DNA of 64,000 nt from positions 372,001-436,000 of the forward strand of contig CAXLNC010001871.1 of the NCBI GenBank assembly GCA_964187785.1, given 5' to 3'. A program made the position numbers and the translations under genes. The DNA is from Amphiscolops sp. MND2022. Its lineage: Eukaryota. Of this stretch, positions 43,681 to 53,700 are shown in pieces; positions within the stretch are counted from its first letter, which is position 1, and each line of letters opens with the position of its first letter. Under the pieces are notes generated by a model, which saw only the letters and a list, made by a program, of their open reading frames with translations, was not told the DNA's origin and did not search any database.

Positions 43681-45559
43681 GGCACCAATTCAGTACGGTC
43701 TATTTAAAGTATATTTTCCCGGATGCTCTTTCAGCTAGCTTTTTGTGTACGGAGTTTTTGACCGACAGTTTTTACGGATACCTTTGTGGGCCGCTTTTCA
43801 GTACGGTCATTTTTAATGGTAGTTTTCTCTGACGCTTTTTCCCCTAGCATTTCAGTACGGACATTTCGAACGACGGTTTCTGCGGATACATTTTTTGGAC
43901 AGCATTTTAGTACCGTCATAATTGTTGTTAGTTTTTTCGGACGGTTTTTCAGCTAAAATTTCGTTACGGACATTTTGAATAACCGTTTTTTGTGGGTGGG
44001 CTTTTGGGCAGCATTTCAGTACACTCCTTTGTATTGGTAGTTTTCGCGGACGTTTTTTCAGCTAGCATTTCGGTACGGACATTTTGAACAACTGTTTTTG
44101 CGAGTAAAGTTTTGGGCAGCAATTCAGTATGGTCATTTTTATTGGTAGTTTTCTCTAACAGTTTTTCAGCTAGCATTTCGATACGGACATTTTGAATGAC
44201 TGTTTTTGCGGATACATTTTTTGGACAGCATTTTAGTACCGTCATTTTTGATGTTCTTTCGAATGATTTTTCAGCTAGCATTTCGATACGGACATTTTGA
44301 ACGACTGTTTTTGCGGATACATTTTTGGGCAGTTTTTCAGTACGGTCATTTTTAATTGTATCTTTCTCGGACGCTTTTTCCCCTAGCACTTCAGAACGGA
44401 CATTTCGAACAACTGTTTTTGCGGATACATTTTTTGGACAGCATTTTAGTACCGTCATTTTTGATGTTAGTTTTTTCGAATAATTTTTCAGCTAACATTA
44501 CGATACGGACATTTTTAACGATTGTTTTTGCGGATACATTTTTGGGCAGCTTTTCAGTACGATCATTTTTAATGGTAGTTTTCCCGGACGCTTTTTCCCC
44601 TAGCATTTCGAACGGACATTTTGAACAACTGTTTTTTCGGGTAACGTTTTGGGCTGCAATTCATTTTTATTGATTGGTTTTGCGGACGCTTCTTCAGCTA
44701 GCATTTTGATACGAACATTGTGAATGACTGTTTTTGGGGTAGATTTTGGGCAGCATTTTGGTACTGTCATTTTAGGTGATAGTTGTTTGAGACGCTTTTT
44801 CAGCTAGCATTTCGGTACGGACATTTTGAACAACTGTTTTTGTGGATACATTTTTGGGCAGCAAACCAGTACGGACAATTGAATGGTAGTTTTCTCAGAC
44901 GCTTTTTCATCTAGTTTTTTGGTGCGGATATTTTGACTGACCGTTTTTGCGGATACATTTTTGGGCAGCATTTCAGTACTGTCATTTTAATGGTAGTTTT
45001 CTCTCTGGACGTTTTCCCCCTAGCATTTCTGAATGGACATTTTGAACGACTGTTTTTGCGGATACATTTTTTGGACAGCATTTCAGTTACGTAATTTTTG
45101 GTGTTAGTTTTTTTTGGACGCTGTTTCAGCTAGAATTTTGTTGCAGACACTTTGAACAACAGTTCCTGCGGGTAAATTTTCTGGCAGCATTTCAGTACAG
45201 ACTTTTTTAATGGTAGTTTTTGTGGACGCTTTTTCAGCTAGCATTTCGGTACGAACATTTTGAACAACTGTTTTTGCGGGTACAGTTTTGGCCTGCAATT
45301 CAGTATGGTCATTTTTATTGATAGTTTTTGCGGACGCTTCTTCAGCTAGCATTTTGATACAAACATTGTGAATGACTGTTTTTGGGTTAGATTTTGGGCA
45401 GCATTTTGGTACTGTCATTCTATGTGATGGTTGTTTGAGACGCTTTTTCAGCTAGCTTTTCGCTACGGACATTTTAAACAACTGTTTCAGTGGATACATT
45501 TTGGGCAGCAGATCAGTACGGTCAATTGAATGGTAAACTTCTCGGACGCGTTTTCAGCT

Positions 45560-47770
45560 AGCTTTTTGGTACGGATATTTTGACCCACCGTTTTTGCGGA
45601 TACAATTTTGGGCAGCATTTCAGTACTGTCAATTTTAATGATAGTTTTCTCTCTGGACGCTTTTCCCCTAGCATATCAGAACGGACAATTTGGACGACTG
45701 TTTTTTCGGATACATTTTTTGGACAGAAGTTCAGTACCGTAATTTTTGGTGTTAGTTTTTCGGACGCTGTTTCAGCTAGAATTTCGTTTCAGACATTTTG
45801 AACTGTTTTTGAGGGTAACTTTTTGCGAAGCATTTCATTACAGTCCTTTTAATGGTAGTTTCCGCGGACGCTTTTTCAGCTAGCATTTCGGTACGGAAAT
45901 TTTGAGCAACGGTTTTTGCGGGTAAAGTTTTGGGCAGCAATTCAGTATGGTCACTTTTAATGGTAGTTTTTGTGCACGCTTCTTCAGCTAACATTTTGGT
46001 TAGGACATTTTGCACGACTGTTTTCGCGGGTAATTTTTGGGGCAGCATTTCAGTACTGTCAGTTTGGTGATAGTTGTTCGGGACGCTTTTCAGCTAGCAG
46101 TTCGGTACGGACATTTTGACCAACCGATTTTGCGGATACAATTTTGGGCAGCATTTCAGTACTGTCATTTTCAATGATAGTGTTGTCTCTGGACGCTTTT
46201 CCCCTAGCATATCAGAACGGACAATTTGGACGACTGTTTTTGCGGATACATTTTTTGGACAGAAATTCAGTACCGTATTTTTCGGTGTTAGTTTTTTGGA
46301 AGCTGTTTCAGCTAGAATTTCGTTTCAGACATTTTGAACAACTGTTTTTGAGGGTAAATTTTTCGGAAGCATTTCATTACAGTCCTTCTTAATGGTAGTT
46401 TTTCGCGGACGCTTTTTCAGCTAGCATTTCGGTACGGAAACTTTGAGCAACGGTTTTTGCAAGTAAAGTTTTGGGCAGCAATTCAGTATGGTCTTTTTTA
46501 ATGGTAGCTTCTGTGCACGCTTCTTCAGCTAGCATTTTGGTTAGGACATTTTACACGACTGTTTTTGCGGGTAATTTTTTGGGCAGCATTTCAGTACTGT
46601 CAGTTTGGTGATAGTTGTTCGGGACGCTTTTCAGCTAGCATTTCGGTACAGACATTTTGACCAACCGATTTTGCGGGTACATTTTTGGGCAGCATTTCAG
46701 TACTGTCATTCTTAATGATAGTGTTCTCTCTGGACGCTTTTCCCCTAGCATATCAGAACGGACAATTTGGACAACTTTTTTTGTGGATACGTTTTTAGGA
46801 CAGAAGTTCAGTACCGTAATTTTTGGTGTTAGTTTTTTGGACACTGTTTCAGCTAGAATTTTGTTTCAGACAATTTGAACAACTGTTTTTGAGGGTAATT
46901 TTTGGGAAGCATTTCATAACAGTCCTTTTTATTGGTAGTTTTCGCGGACGCTTTTTCAGCTAGCATTTCGGTACGGAAACTTTGAGCAACGGTTTTTGCA
47001 AGTAAAGTTTTGGGCAGCAATTCAGTATGGTCATTTTTAATGGTAGCTTTTGTGCACGCTTCTTCAGCTAGCATTTTGGTTAGGACATTTTACACGACTG
47101 TTTTTGCGGGTTATTTTTTGGGCAGCATTTCAGTACTGTCAGTTTGGTGATAGTTGTTCGGGACGCTTTTCAGCTAGCATTCCGGTACAGACATTTTGAC
47201 CAACCGTTTTTGCGGGTACATTTTTGGGCAGCATTTCAGTACTGTCATTTTTAATGATAGTGTTCTCTCTGGACGCTTTTCCCCTAGCATATCAGAACGG
47301 ACAATTCGGACGACTCTTTTTGCGTATACGTTTTTTGGACAGAAGTTCAGTACCGTAATTTTTGGTGTTAGTTTTTTGGACACTGTTTCAGCTAGAATTT
47401 TGTTTCAGACAATTTGAACAACTGTTTTTGAGGGTAAATTTTGGGAAGCATTTCATAACAGTCTTTTTTAATGGTAGTTTTCGCGGACGCTTTTTCAGCT
47501 AGCATTTCGGTACGGAAATTTTGAGCAACGGTTTTTGCGGGTAAAGTTTTGGGCAGCAATTCAGTATGGTCATTTTTAATGGTAGCTTTTGTGCACGCTT
47601 CTTCAGCTAGCATTTTAGTCAGGACATTTTACACGACTGTTTTTGCGTGTATATTTTTGGGTAGCATTTCAGTACTGTCAGTTTGGTGATAGTTGTTCGG
47701 GACGCTTTTCAGCTAGCAGTTCGGTACGGACATTTTGACCAACCGATTTTGCGGATACATTTTTGGGCAG
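45560..47770 (+). repeat. 5-monomer HOR, ~536-541 bp, about 4 copies
   Basis: Related translations at 45,580, 46,116, 46,657 and 47,196, and at 46,853/47,392. Confidence 0.87.
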
Positions 47771-50733
47771 CATTTCAGTACGGTCATTTTTAATGGTAGT
47801 TTTCGCGGACGCTTTTTCAGCTAGCATTTCGGTACGGAAATTTTGAGCAACGGTTTTTGCGGGTAAAGTTTTGGGCAGCAATTCAGTATGGTCATTTTTA
47901 ATGGTAGCTTTTGTGCACGCTTCTTCAGCTAGCATTTTGGTCAGGACATTTTACACGACTGTTTTTGCGTGTATATTTGTGGGCAGCATTTCAGTACTGT
48001 CAGTTTGGTGAGAGTTGTTCGGAACGCTTTTCCCCTAGCCTTTCAGTACGGATACTTTGAACGACTGTTTTTGCGAATACATTGTTTGGGGATCATTCCA
48101 TTACCGTAAATTTTAATGGTAGTTTTCTCGAACAATTTTTTTCAGCTAGCTTTTCGGTACGGACATTTTGAACCACTATTTTTGAGGATACAGTTTTGGG
48201 CAGCAATTCAGTACGGTCAATTGAATGGTAGTTTTCTTGCTAGCTTTTGATGCGGATTTTTTGAACGATCGTTTTCGCGGATGCAATATCGGGCAGCATT
48301 TTAGTACGGTCATTTTTAATGGTAGTTTTCTCGGACGCTTTATCTCCTAGCATTTCAGTACGGACATTTTGAACGACTGTTTTTACAAATACACTTTTTT
48401 GGGCAGCATTTCAGTACCGTCAATTTTGGTGTTAGTGTTTTGGGAGGCTTTTTAAGCTAAAAGTTCGGTACAAAATTTTGAACAACTGTTTTTGCGGCTA
48501 CATTTTTGCAGTTATTCAAAAAACACTTGATCAAAAATTGGATCAAATAAGTTTTGGAGCTTTGTAATATCAAGTTTCAATACCTTGTACGTACTTTTAA
48601 ATTTTGGTCTAGGAGCAGTTGTTTGCAAGTTTTGCAAGTTTGTAGTATTGACAAAGACTAATCCGTTCACTAATGACGATATGTTTTGTTAACAGAAAAC
48701 GTGAAGAAACTATAAGAATTTGAAGGTTCTCTAAAAAGTAATTCTATGCCCTATTTATTACATTGCATTCGAGTTTTTTCCTGTAAATTTTCATGTTCGA
48801 GAAGGCTTTTTCCAAAGTCCTTCAATAAAAATTGTTACAATGGATAGGTCTGTTGCAAAATCGTCTGATCGATTAAACACTCACGGTTTTTCAAACGTGA
48901 ACTAAAAGCGAGTAGAAATGCTAAAAAATAAATTGAAGAAACGAGCAATACCGGTGCTTACAACACTGTCATTAAACAAATTGAATGAGAGAGCAACACC
49001 CTGTGCTGGAAAAGTTGCTCTGAACACAAAAAAGAAATAGCATTGCCATGTGCGGATCAGGAGTTTAAAGAATCAGATGTTTTGAGTTTAATCCAGTTGG
49101 GGGAAGGAGGTCAGGGGTGACTCGTTGTTTGAATTGAACCATAAATGCGCGAGAATTTTATAAACTTTCTAAACGTGTTATCAGTTTGATTAGTAGTTTT
49201 CCAGAAAATAAGACGGAAAATATCTAAAACTGGAGTTGATTCGGTGATCTCTAAAACATTTTTTTCGCAACCTGGAAAGCAAAATTACCAATATTGGTCA
49301 AATGAAAAAATGCACGAACTAGTTTTGCAGAAAGCTGGAATATATAATGTCCTAAAACGAACACTTAAAACACCTCAAATAATGTATTTTCGAAGAGGCT
49401 CTCAGCTAGGGGATGACATCATGTCGCCCATAACAAGACCCAAGACGAGAACGCGGCCTCTAAAGGGTCACAAAATTTAAGGGTTACAAATTACAAAAGT
49501 AAATCTAACTAACAATAAATATAAAATCTGCACCTTTACAAAATTTTATATGTACAGAATTCTATTTACAGGTATCTACAGTAAGGGCTTGTAACCTTTT
49601 CTGTACTTGCTGAAGTGCCGAAAAAATGTTTTATAAAATCTCTACAAAAAAGGTAAACTATGTTCGATATGAAAACATTGTAAGTCTGTCATTCTAAAAT
49701 ATTGGTATCAGATCATGCAGTCTTCTTTCACAGTTTGTGGCTGGTTCTTGGCCAACATCGTTGACCACACCTTCATTCGATGAGGCACATGGTAGTTTTC
49801 AAAAAGACCCTTTGTTCACTGCCAAGACGAGATTCCTATACAATCGTTTTTTGGTTGACCATCACGGCTGCGGGAAAGTTCCCATATATATCACACGTTT
49901 TAATAGATCTTGATACTCTTGATCACCGGGTTACTCAGAATCTTTCGCTCGACTATGTCCTGTAAAAAAACCAAACAAATACCTTCAAACTAATGAATTT
50001 GTTTGTGTCTGGGGGGGATACTGATTTTCTACTTGTGATACGAATCTCGGCTGAGTCTCATTGTCCCAATTAGGTGATAAACACCCATATATCACCTTAA
50101 AAACCAAGTCAACCCCATTGGAAGCTATAATGGCTGTGCGGTTTGCAAATCACGGGGTTAGTAATTTGCCTTCAGTTGTTTCAAAAAACGTAAATTGCGT
50201 CCATTACTTTGATGAATGCGTTGTGTACTTAAACCTTCAGAATCCTCAGTGAAACGTTCATAAAAATGTATCAGAATCTCTTGAAGAAATTGTCTATTGT
50301 GAAGAATAGTTACCTGATTGCGTTGCATACTTAGACCATCAGAATCATCGGAGAGGGATTGATGAAATTTCATCAGATTTTTCGAAGTAATTGTTAATTG
50401 CAATAACTTATTAGATGGTTGCTTTGGTCACTTAAACACACCCATCATAAACTACCAGAAACATCGGAGATAAAGTCATGAAATATTTTTGCCTTCCCGA
50501 AGCTAGTTACTCTCTCAAAACTCAAACCTTCAGGAAAAAGGTTCATTTATCATCCTAACCTTAAGTTTCTTTCATCAACTCCAACTTGAATTTTCCCTAT
50601 TAACTTAAACTTCGTTCATCATTCATCTTTAACTTGTATCGTCATCTTTAATCTCACTTTCGTTCATCATCTTCAACCTAATTTTTATTTTTCATCTCTA
50701 ATTCTTCTCCAACTAACTTGGAATAAAAAAACA

Positions 50734-51460
50734 ATGTCTTTTCATTACAGCCTACAACTATTCTGTAACGTATCTTATGAAACTCCAAGAAACATATTTG
50801 AGTATCAATCTCTGAAGAACGTAGAAGACTCATTTTACTGCGAAAAGTACCGTTTCTTCATGAATCATTCAATAGGTAAAATCATGAACGAGATACAAAT
50901 TCCGAATCATATCTAGAGGCGATCTCACATGCAATCAATGAGTCAACTGACAGATATTTTCCAATTAAAAAGTTAAAAAAACGTGAACAAAAAAATCATG
51001 GATAGCGAATCGTATCAAGTGACACATTGCAAACAGAGATAAACTTTATCAGTTATGGATCAAAACTAAAACAAAGGAAGATTACGAAATATACAAGAAG
51101 AAACGAAATGAAGTCAACATGAAAATCAAAAGAGTAAAGCGAAATGAAGTTCCAACTTTAACTTGACCAAAATAGTTTGAAAGAACTTTTCAGAGAAGTA
51201 AAGAAAGTGAAATTCGCTAGCACTCAAGTGGCAAAATGTGGTGACTTATTTGTTGAGGCTTTCAATATTTACTTCATACCTGCTGTTGATACCTCCAGCA
51301 TTATCTTAACTCACCATTGGAACAGTCAGCAAGCCGAACAGCCACAATCATTATTCCTCCGTCCAGTTAGTGATGCTGAAATTTCGCAACACACTTCCAC
51401 ATTGTAAAACAAAAAGTCTACTGGTATGGATTTCATTGAGGTGAAAGTTTTGAAAAAAAA
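50734..51460 (+). mobile_element. Degenerate fragment of an APE-type non-LTR retrotransposon ORF2 (endonuclease-RT linker), CR1/L2-like
   Basis: Frameshifted reading: YLEAISHAINESTDRYFPIKKLK...WIANRIK*HIANRDKLYQLWIKTKTKEDYEIYKKKRNEVNMKIKRVK...FLRPVSDAEISQHTSTL*NKKSTGMDFIEVKVLK. This matches the typical W-I...RDKLY...YK..RN.VN and F.PV...EI...L.NKKS.G.D linker pattern. The RT is absent. Confidence 0.8.
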
Positions 51461-51749
51461 AATGCTTGATTGATACCAATTTCGTCTCCCACAAGTTTTT
51501 TGTGGCTTTGGATTTCCACGTAGTTTAGCAGCAGGAGGGTGCCGTTAAGCTGTATAAAATTACATACATCAGTTACAGCATGTGTATGCATTATGCATCG
51601 GGTCGCAATCAGGGTAGCCAGGGAAAAATTCCCAGGTTCCCATTGGTCAAACTAAATTGATTGTAAATTGAATTTCGTTGAGGAAAAAATCAAAACTTCC
51701 AAGATTGCAGAAAGTCTAACGTGCATTTTTCGTTGTGAAATTCAGAAAT

Positions 51750-52081
51750 AATTAGAGACTTCGATTCAAATGCAAGGTATTACAATTAGGACTCGATGGA
51801 TATCTGTAAAACCTCATTCGACAAAAACTGTCGCCTTCACAAGTATTTAGTTTTCAAAGACAATAACGGTGACCAGGAACAAATTTGGCCCTGCAAGTTG
51901 TTTCAATCGCTTGTCGGAACCCAATGTTGTATTCGAATGTGGAGGTGCAACGAAGCTGATCGTTTGAGTGTATCCTTTAAGGGAAACCTACGCCGGCGAC
52001 GAATTCCTTGTGGAATACTCTCTAAGTTATTTTGGTCCGAACCACGAGGATTGCCATTGTGCTTCCTGCAATTTGAAGAGA
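51750..52081 (+). pseudogene. Suv4-20/Set9 (KMT5B/C)-like SET domain with post-SET CxCxxC, disrupted
   Basis: Reconstruction: ...HKYLVFKDNNGDQEQIW[LG]PASCFNRLSEPNVVFECGGATKLIV*VYPLRETYAGDEFLVEYSLSYFGPNHEDCHCASCNLKR. W is at 51,886; the frame from 51,890 to 52,081 has one stop, at 51,965. It aligns by eye with the KMT5B signature [20 protein letters not shown]...[32 protein letters not shown] (recalled from memory). The N-terminal half is more eroded. Confidence 0.85.
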
Positions 52082-52199
52082 TCTGTTCCCCATGAAGTGG
52101 CTGGGCAACCGACTGAATTAGTTGACCCCTGAAGTGGATGCTAACGAAGTCGTCTCCCCTATGCAGAACCCATCATTCTTCAATTTCCAGTCCAACATA

Positions 52200-52290
52200 G
52201 TGTTGCACGAGTTCCAGTCCGTTGCGCCTTTGCATAACCCAGTGTTTCACGAGTTTCTTTCCGTTGCGCATTTGCCAGTGTTCCAAGAGG
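52200..52290 (+). repeat. Short in-frame tandem repeat (~36-42 bp, 3 copies) in the linker after the SET domain
   Basis: VLHEFQSVAPLHNP / VFHEFLSVAHLP / VFQEVQSAAD within ORF 52,122-52,505. Confidence 0.7.
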
Positions 52291-52480
52291 TCCAGTCCGC
52301 CGCTGACTGTAACACAGTCACTCTGGAACACCCGCTGACAACTCTATCTGAGATAGGTGAGACGGCGTCTTTGAATTCAACGCGACCAGAGTGTTCTAGT
52401 TGCTCAGACAGAAAATCCTGCTCCACCAGTTGCACCTGCAGCACAAGTAGAAGAAAGCGAAATACTCGGAAAATTGTGTT

Positions 52481-52680
52481 TGTTTTATCTGCCATCATTT
52501 CGTGAAGAGGATTGATCCGCGTCTTCTCATTGTCCATGTTCACTTCCTCACAGACCTTGATAGGCAACTGCTCAAAAGTTCTTACCGTTTCCGGTAATGC
52601 AGTGAAAGAGCGTTGATTCGTGACATATGCAACCGTCGATTCGTATCAAAGTGTACTCATGAAAAACACAGGCATGTAAC
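52481..52680 (+). pseudogene. Two degenerate C2H2-like zinc fingers
   Basis: Single frame starting at 52,481: CFICHHFVKRIDPRLLIVHVH...R*CSERALIRDICNRRFVSKCTHEKHRHV. Finger 1 needs R to be H and finger 2 needs R (CGT) to be C (TGT); each is a single-base change. Confidence 0.62.
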
Positions 52681-52898
52681 GTAAGTGACAACTTTATTCG
52701 TATTTATTTTCAATAGCAAACAACAAATTTAGGACAAAATTTTAGGAGAAACTAACCAATTTTAGGTTTTTAGCATTACTCCATGAAAACCTTTCAGAAA
52801 AGTTCTCACTCATAGTAAACGAGATAAAAAATTATCACAAACTTTCATGCAAACACCACAAGGAAATTACGACCAGTTTATTATTTTTTCGCTTCCAG
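52681..52898 (+). other. Candidate GT-AG intron (218 bp, phase 2)
   Basis: Donor AC|GTAAGT at 52,681, an AT-rich interior, and acceptor TTATTATTTTTTCGCTTCCAG| ending at 52,898. Splicing joins the zinc-finger frame to the frame that carries the recombinase N-terminal motifs. Confidence 0.7.
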
Positions 52899-53700
52899 GC
52901 TGCTTCCAGCCAGTCTGACTAAGAAAATGAAGGGAAGCCGAGTAGTTCGGAAAAAAATGTCATCAAAGCCGAAGCAAGCGTACGTGATTTTCCAGCGGCA
53001 AGCGCAGACATTGGCCCTTGGAGGAAGTCACTGAAAATGATATTCCGTGGTTGAAAAGGTTGTCAGCAATATTTTGCGGTGAAACCGATAACTTCAGAGA
53101 ACCCAGAGCTTTCTAGACGTAGCACACAAAATCCAATTACGTCAAAAATTAGTCCCCCAGACAATGATAACCTGTTTGGCGTGCCTCAAGACTTTCATCA
53201 ATTTCCTTGTGTTGCGGGGTGGTCTTATTTGCTCGGGAATCATAGCCGCAGTGCGTAATGCTAAAGCGTTTTATAGTAGCGGCTGCGGCAATGTAGGTTA
53301 AACTACAGAACCCAACCAAACTTACTTCTAACTTGGAAAGTGCCAGTTGAAATTAGCAAAAAGGGATTACTTAGACAAATCGACACAAAACTGGTCAACA
53401 TCACGTTGGCAGCGCTCTCCGTGTTCCAGACGATCATTTCAAACTACTAGATCATTTCATGCAGAATTACGAGCAGGAGTTAGGACATGTCCCCGATCTG
53501 ATTTTTGTAACGAAAAAAGGCTCGCAAGACAGAATTTGTCGCGTGAGATCACCGCAACATTCGTAGCGAAGTTCGGTGATAACGCAAACAATGTCCAATT
53601 TATGGCTAATTCGCTACAAACGTACAAACAGGTGAGGGTACAGGAGTTAACTCAGAAACAGATCATCAGCCCTGCTTGGAAATTCCTAAACTGAATTGTT
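52899..53700 (+). pseudogene. Tyrosine recombinase (Crypton-like / phage-integrase fold), disrupted
   Basis: Core-binding-like region: FQRQAQTLALGGSH*K*YSVVEKVVSNIL...FLDVAHKIQLRQKLVPQTMITCLACLKTFINFL. Catalytic-like region across frameshifts: RLNYRTQPNLLLTWKVPVEISKKGLL (R at 53,307) / NRHKTGQHHVGSALRVPDDHFKLLDHFMQNYEQELGHVPDLIFVTKKGSQ (HKTG 53,384-53,395) / QNLSREITATFVAKFG...FMANSLQ (Q at 53,617 where the second Arg is expected). The catalytic Tyr could not be identified. Confidence 0.72.

Larger units (their letters stand above)
11091..48510 (+). repeat. Tandem satellite array, right subfamily (~107-108 bp monomer)
   Basis: The TAGC anchor recurs at 11,131, 11,238, 11,345 and 11,453. Approximate monomer: GCTAGCATTTCGGTACGGACATTTTGAACAACTGTTTTTGCGGATACATTTTTGGGCAGCATTTCAGTACGGTCATTTTTAATGGTAGTTTTCTCGGACGCTTTTTCA. 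Orientation is the same throughout and periodicity stops at ~48,510. Confidence 0.98.

Noticed and set aside
418-47935. About 200 ORF-track entries with MLPKNVSAKTVVQNVRTE-like or F-rich translations
   Set aside because: They are translations of the satellite monomer in all frames, broken by T-tract indels, so they are not called as CDS.
1-48510. CRISPR array
   Set aside because: The sequence between conserved motifs is itself repeated, so there are no unique spacers. There are no cas genes and the context is eukaryotic.
11091-48510. CENP-B box (TTCG....A..CGGG) in the monomer
   Set aside because: TTCG and CGG occur, but I found no instance with the required spacing in the consensus. Centromeric function cannot be claimed from sequence.
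48985-49060. LCWKSCSEHKKEIALPCADQ as a RING fragment
   Set aside because: Ligand spacing is wrong and the frame is flanked by stops.
49097-49120. LGEGGQG resembling a protein-kinase glycine loop
   Set aside because: It is followed by several stops, with no VAIK, HRD or DFG motifs.
50530-50720. Pyrimidine-rich TCATC/AACTT low-complexity tract
   Set aside because: No stable period and no open frame; treated as low-complexity DNA.
51610-51640. CAGGGTAGCCAG resembling a hAT-type terminal inverted repeat, with a small GGGAA/TTCCC hairpin
   Set aside because: No matching inverted partner or target-site duplication was found. A CGGGTCG/CGACCCG pair (~51,598 and ~54,600) is only 7 bp. The SET-YR element boundaries remain undefined.
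52247-52567. Minus-strand 106-aa ORF with an apparent splice acceptor
   Set aside because: It is the antisense shadow of the + strand linker and zinc-finger region, which has recognisable motifs.
53347-53694. 115-aa ORF as an intact gene
   Set aside because: Only its last third is in the recombinase frame; the HKTG segment lies in a different frame.
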